This document shows, piece by piece, positions 36,842-40,851 of a stretch of 40,851 nucleotides of DNA. The notes beneath the pieces are model-generated. The model searched no databases. It worked only from the letters and a program-made list of their open reading frames with translations, and had not been told where the DNA came from. The DNA is from Terriglobia bacterium (GTDB lineage: Bacteria; Acidobacteriota; Terriglobia; UBA7540), in NCBI GenBank assembly GCA_050745285.1, contig JBOGJX010000301.1:1-40851 (forward strand), in the 5' to 3' direction. Position numbers and translations under genes: made by a program. The first letter of the stretch is position 1, and every line of letters begins with the position of its first letter.

Positions 36842-37935
36842 TTTTCGGCCTGCTCGGGGTCTCCGGCCTGTCCCGTAAGATTGGCAACAGGGGTAGGACG
36901 GGGTGGTTCGCCGTTCGCTTCTCTTTCGGCGCTCCTGGGCGCGGCGTTCAAAGCGGTCCACGTGGCGCGCTTGAGGTCTTCGAGTCCGTGCCCCGTGACG
37001 GCAGAGATTTCACAGAGCGGCAGGCCCTCACCCTGGCAGAACCGGCGCAGAGCGCCAAGCCTCGCTCCTTCACCCACAGCGTCCGTGCGCGAAGCCACCA
37101 AGAGCATCGGTTTTTGTGCAACAGCGGGGCTGAAGCTCTCAAGCTCGTGGAGAATCACCCGGTAGTCCTCAACCGGGTCGCGCTCCGTGCCCTCGGCCAC
37201 GTCGATCAGATGAAGAAGCACGCGGGTGCGCTCAACGTGCCGTAAAAAGCGGTCGCCAAGCCCCCGGCCGCGGTGAGCGCCCTCGATTAGACCGGGAATA
37301 TCCGCCATCACAAACGATTGGTCCCCACCCACTCCAACCACGCCAAGATGCGGCTCGAGCGTGGTGAAGGGATAGTCGGCGATGCGCGGGCGGGCCGCGC
37401 TTAACCGCGAGATCAACGTGGATTTGCCCACGTTCGGGAAGCCCACCAAGCCCACGTCTGCCAGGAGTTTCAACTCCAGCCGGAGCATGACTTCCTCGCC
37501 CTCGGTTCCCGGATCGGCCCGGCGCGGCGCCTGATGGACGGAGGTTGCAAATCGCGCGTTGCCGCGCCCGCCGCGGCCGCCGTGAGCCACAAGATACCGC
37601 TGGCCGCTTTCGGTGAAATCCCACAAGCGGTGGCCTGTAGTCGCGTGATAAACCACGGTGCCAGCGGGCACCGTAATCACCAAATCCTCTCCGGTCCTTC
37701 CGTGGCAGTTCGAGCCTTCGCCGTGACGGCCGCGCTCGGCCTTGAACTCGGGATTATAGCGGAACTTCAGCAGCGTGTTCAGATGCAGGGTGCTTTCGAG
37801 GAATACGCTGCCCCCGTCGCCGCCATCCCCGCCGCTCGGCCCGCCGCGCGGGATGAACTTCTCCCGCCGGAACGCCATGCAGCCGTTGCCGCCCCGGCCG
37901 CCCGTCACGCGGACTCTTGCTTCGTCAATAAACAT
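36838..37935 (-). CDS. obgE: GTPase ObgE/CgtA
   Basis: MFIDEA, glycine-rich Obg fold, [18 protein letters not shown]. Confidence 0.97.
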   Translation of the reverse strand: MFIDEARVRVTGGRGGNGCMAFRREKFIPRGGPSGGDGGDGGSVFLESTLHLNTLLKFRYNPEFKAERGRHGEGSNCHGRTGEDLVITVPAGTVVYHATTGHRLWDFTESGQRYLVAHGGRGGRGNARFATSVHQAPRRADPGTEGEEVMLRLELKLLADVGLVGFPNVGKSTLISRLSAARPRIADYPFTTLEPHLGVVGVGGDQSFVMADIPGLIEGAHRGRGLGDRFLRHVERTRVLLHLIDVAEGTERDPVEDYRVILHELESFSPAVAQKPMLLVASRTDAVGEGARLGALRRFCQGEGLPLCEISAVTGHGLEDLKRATWTALNAAPRSAEREANGEPPRPTPVANLTGQAGDPEQAEK

Positions 37936-38129
37936 AGGTATGGGCGCGCGCCCTTCCGCCCTGTCCTTTGAGCGGCAAGGAACACACTACTTTCCATCAT
38001 TAACCGGGGAAGGGAATGGCGCAAGGGGTATGCGGGGATGCGAAACTCGTGTTCAGGTCACGGCGCCGGCTCTTTGGATGAATTGGAGCACCGCGTTTTC
38101 ACTGCACAGTGCAGAACGGCCAGAAACAG

Positions 38130-38170
38130 CAAAAGCGGCAAGGCGCAAAAGCTCAGTCGCTTGCCGCTTC
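38130..38170 (-). terminator. Probable intrinsic terminator after rpmA
   Basis: Inverted repeat AAGCGGCAAG/CTTGCCGCTT; minus-strand stem followed by TTTT. Confidence 0.4.
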
Positions 38171-38191
38171 CCGGATCAGCTTGTGGCCGGA

Positions 38192-38455
38192 TCAGCTTGT
38201 GGATGGAATGATGATATTCACGTAACGGCCCATGCGGCCCTTGTCTTCAAAATGAACCACCCCGGATACTTTGGCAAAAAGCGTATCATCCTTGCCGATG
38301 CCGACGTTTTCGCCGGGCTTTAGGCGGCTGCCGCGCTGCCGGACCAGAATCGATCCGCCGCTTACCAACTGCCCGCCGAACCGCTTTACGCCAAGCCGCT
38401 GTGCGTTCGAATCACGCCCATTACGGGAACTTCCTAGCCCTTTTTTGTGCGCCAT
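38192..38455 (-). CDS. rpmA: 50S ribosomal protein L27
   Basis: [25 protein letters not shown]. Confidence 0.98.
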   Translation of the reverse strand: MAHKKGLGSSRNGRDSNAQRLGVKRFGGQLVSGGSILVRQRGSRLKPGENVGIGKDDTLFAKVSGVVHFEDKGRMGRYVNIIIPSTS

Positions 38456-38502
38456 CTCAGAATTCCTCTCCGTCCTTGCGGTCGGCCTTCAATCCGACCG
38501 CT

Positions 38503-38814
38503 TTATTCACCCGCGACGCTCTTGATCAGCACTTCGCTGAAGTGCTGGCGGTGGCCCCGAGTGCGCCGGTATTGCTTCTTGCGCTTGTATTTTACCACTA
38601 GAACTTTTTTGGCCTTCGCGTTGCGCAGGATGACCCCCGTCACCTTGGCGTTCTCCACCAAGGGATTGCCGAGGCGCAGGCTTTCTTTGCGCACGGCAAA
38701 AACATGGTTGAATTCCACCGTCGCGCCTTCGCCGCCGGGCAACTCCTCCACACGAATCACATCGCCAGGAGACACCCGATATTGCTTTCCGCCAGTTCTA
38801 AAGATTGCGTACAT
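38503..38814 (-). CDS. rplU: 50S ribosomal protein L21
   Basis: MYAIFRTGGKQY..GHRQ. Confidence 0.98.
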   Translation of the reverse strand: MYAIFRTGGKQYRVSPGDVIRVEELPGGEGATVEFNHVFAVRKESLRLGNPLVENAKVTGVILRNAKAKKVLVVKYKRKKQYRRTRGHRQHFSEVLIKSVAGE

Positions 38815-38846
38815 GACCAATATCCCTTCTCAAGCTCAAAAAACTT

Positions 38847-38876
38847 AGTTTAGAACGCTTAATCTGAATCTGTCAA
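38847..38876 (-). promoter_or_regulatory. Sigma70-type promoter of rplU-rpmA
   Basis: Minus strand TTGACA-N18-TAAACT about 30 nt upstream of rplU. Confidence 0.6.
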
Positions 38877-38910
38877 TGTTCATCGCAGGCGGATGGTGGT
38901 ACCGTTTGAC

Positions 38911-38960
38911 GTAGAGGCGGCTTTACGTCGCCATTTGGTGCGATAGACTCGCCGCTACAC
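38911..38960. repeat. GTAG-type REP pair related to the MITE core
   Basis: GTAGAGGCGGCTTTACGTCGCCA ... CGCCGCTACAC. Confidence 0.55.
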
Positions 38961-39124
38961 ATGCCAAACTGTAGCGCCACTCGCAGGCGGGTGCGACATG
39001 GCAACGCTGGGGAATGATTGCCGTAAAGTGGCTTATAGGTGAGCGGTTTCCTGATTTTTCAGAACCGACCCAGGAAGGGACTGCCAGCCATTTTCATGAC
39101 TGCCGGTCAATCCGTAGGCTCAGA

Positions 39125-39820
39125 CTATGCGTGGCCCCAGAACGCTTCAAGCCAGCGCTGAGCCTCGCGATCGCCGGCTAAAATATGCGGGCCGAGGGGC
39201 GAGCCAAGAAAGACCAGATTGCCGGCGCCCAACCGGAGCTTAAAAGCTACGGGCTTATCTTCGATCCGCGCGATGGCGGCTGCGCCTTCCCCGTTGAGCG
39301 CGATCATTTTGCTGAAATCCCGGACCCTTGCTGGGACGGGCCACGTGAAGTCCACATAAGGAAGGCCACGGGCGCTGTCCTGCGTCCCCCATAGCATAAC
39401 AGGTTGGAGCATGGTCAATTTCAATTGAGACCTTATCACCGATTGCTGGCGCCGGAACGCCGTTGAGGAAAGAAACGCACCGCCGGATTCCACCAGGGCC
39501 AGCGCGCCGGCCTCGATCTGGGTTCTGAGCCAGCAGACCTGATGAATGTCCGTTAAGGAGGCGGCGGGAGCGATGATGACCGGGGCAGGCTTTGCCGTTC
39601 GCAGCGACGCTATTTCAAACGGCGCCTTGGCGGCTCGCAAGCCCATCGCGTACCCTTCGAGCGATTCCTTCAGCGCGCATGAACCATTCAGGATAAGACA
39701 GTATTTCCTTCCGGCGCGCGCGGCGCAGGCACTGCTCCCCGCTTCTATTGCCTGTACTGCCAGGACAGCCGGGGGCAGGCAGGCAGCGTAGCGGAGAAAA
39801 CGACGCCGGGAGATGCTCAC
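39125..39820 (-). CDS. Hypothetical protein with Tat-like signal
   Basis: GTG start with GAG SD; ISRRRFL twin-arginine motif; C-terminal G.GNLVFLGSPLG. Confidence 0.6.
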   Translation of the reverse strand: MSISRRRFLRYAACLPPAVLAVQAIEAGSSACAARAGRKYCLILNGSCALKESLEGYAMGLRAAKAPFEIASLRTAKPAPVIIAPAASLTDIHQVCWLRTQIEAGALALVESGGAFLSSTAFRRQQSVIRSQLKLTMLQPVMLWGTQDSARGLPYVDFTWPVPARVRDFSKMIALNGEGAAAIARIEDKPVAFKLRLGAGNLVFLGSPLGPHILAGDREAQRWLEAFWGHA

Positions 39821-39821
39821 C

Positions 39822-40658
39822 TCAGAGCCTCCCCGTGATGACCCGATCCATGGCGGCAGACGTATCATAAAACTGCTGGTCGGAGGCAAAGCGGTACCGT
39901 CGCTCCATCTCGGCGACTAGCCACCCGTCATAACCCACCTTGATCAAGGCGGCGCGGATTGCGGACCAGTTGTTATCTCCCAAAAAAATATTCGTGTAGA
40001 CGCTGTCGCAGCAACGGCCACGCTTTTTCATCGTGTCTTTAAGGTGAATGCGTGTGATGTGAGGTCCGAGGATTTCGATCCACTGCTCGGCAAAACCCGT
40101 ATCGTGGATGTTGCCAACGTCCAGGTGGATTCCGACGGAGGGTTCATTTACGTCTACTAAAAATAGTCCAAACTCCCTCGGGCTAAGGAGGAACTTCTGC
40201 TCGGAACAGCAGTTTTCGCAGCCAATTTTCACCCCGGCGCGGCTGGCTTGCGGTCCAAGCTCCTTCATGGCATCGAGCGTGCGCCGGTAGACTTCATTGT
40301 AGGGGACTTCCTCGGTCACGAGTCCCGCCACCACCAGGATGGCATCGGTCCCAAGCAGCCGGGCCGTCTCAAGCTGGCGCTGGACGATGCGCATGCCACG
40401 CTGCCGCACCTTCGGGTCACGCGCGGAGAGGGGATACGTCCAGTGAAGGCCGGTCGAGACGTTTGAAACCACCAACCCCGCATCTTCAGCCTTGCGCCGC
40501 AACGCCAAAACTTCGGCATCCGTAGTTTCCATCTGAAACCAGGGAACATCGCCGAGCCACAACTCGACTCCGTCGTACCCCGATTTCTTGATGAGCTCGA
40601 CGCCGCGCTCGAAGCTCCAACCCTTTGGGATTTCGTTGTCGCCAATCGATTTCTTCAT
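39822..40658 (-). CDS. Sugar phosphate isomerase/epimerase (xylose isomerase-like TIM barrel)
   Basis: GYDGVEL, EN, DVGN, IHLKD, GYDGWLVAE metal-ligand motifs. Confidence 0.88.
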   Translation of the reverse strand: MKKSIGDNEIPKGWSFERGVELIKKSGYDGVELWLGDVPWFQMETTDAEVLALRRKAEDAGLVVSNVSTGLHWTYPLSARDPKVRQRGMRIVQRQLETARLLGTDAILVVAGLVTEEVPYNEVYRRTLDAMKELGPQASRAGVKIGCENCCSEQKFLLSPREFGLFLVDVNEPSVGIHLDVGNIHDTGFAEQWIEILGPHITRIHLKDTMKKRGRCCDSVYTNIFLGDNNWSAIRAALIKVGYDGWLVAEMERRYRFASDQQFYDTSAAMDRVITGRL

Positions 40659-40851
40659 TATTCCCACCCATCTTCTTCATGATTTCTTGGCGTGCCGCAA
40701 AATCCAAACATCCGTTTCGGACGGAATTGTTGCGGTCAATGGTCGCTAATAGTCGGTCGTGTCGCTTGGCGAGACCCGCGAAGCATGAAAATTCAGTCGG
40801 AAGGGCACGGCTTCAGCCGTGCCGTCGGACCTGCGTTTGACCTTCTTCCGC

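Noticed and set aside
38960..39124. tRNA or riboswitch in the intergenic region upstream of rplU (potential integration target)
   Set aside because: No cloverleaf, T-loop or known aptamer consensus seen; no tRNA recognised anywhere in the window

Overview
About 60% GC bacterial chromosome segment, probably Acidobacteriota (inference from host gene style, e.g. the HslU N-terminus). Nearly all genes lie on the minus strand. The right half (~23.5-40.8 kb) is ordinary housekeeping DNA: rplU-rpmA-obgE-nadD-rsfS-rlmH-cobO-accD-folC-plsC-...-hslV-hslU-...-Rieske ferredoxin-mutM-metallophosphoesterase. The left half (1154-23244) is a co-oriented ~22 kb phage-derived cluster with apparently intact ORFs. 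It carries a muramidase-like lysin, a Mu-type packaging/head module (gp26-like, TerS, TerL, DUF935-type portal, protease/scaffold, cement protein, major capsid), a holin/lipoprotein/C1-peptidase cassette and a non-contractile tail module (tube, frameshifted chaperone, a 258-aa tape measure, Dit-like protein, a 1434-aa multi-domain hub with a glycosidase-like insert, fibres). Both edges are in the window and abut host genes. I see no integrase, transposase, repressor or replication gene. Its spacers, and even the terL and portal reading frames, carry REP/MITE/short tandem repeats, several of the same families as in the housekeeping region. Best interpretation (inference): a domesticated, Mu-derived gene-transfer-agent-like particle locus. 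Family assignments come from motif recognition and gene order only; no database searches were run.
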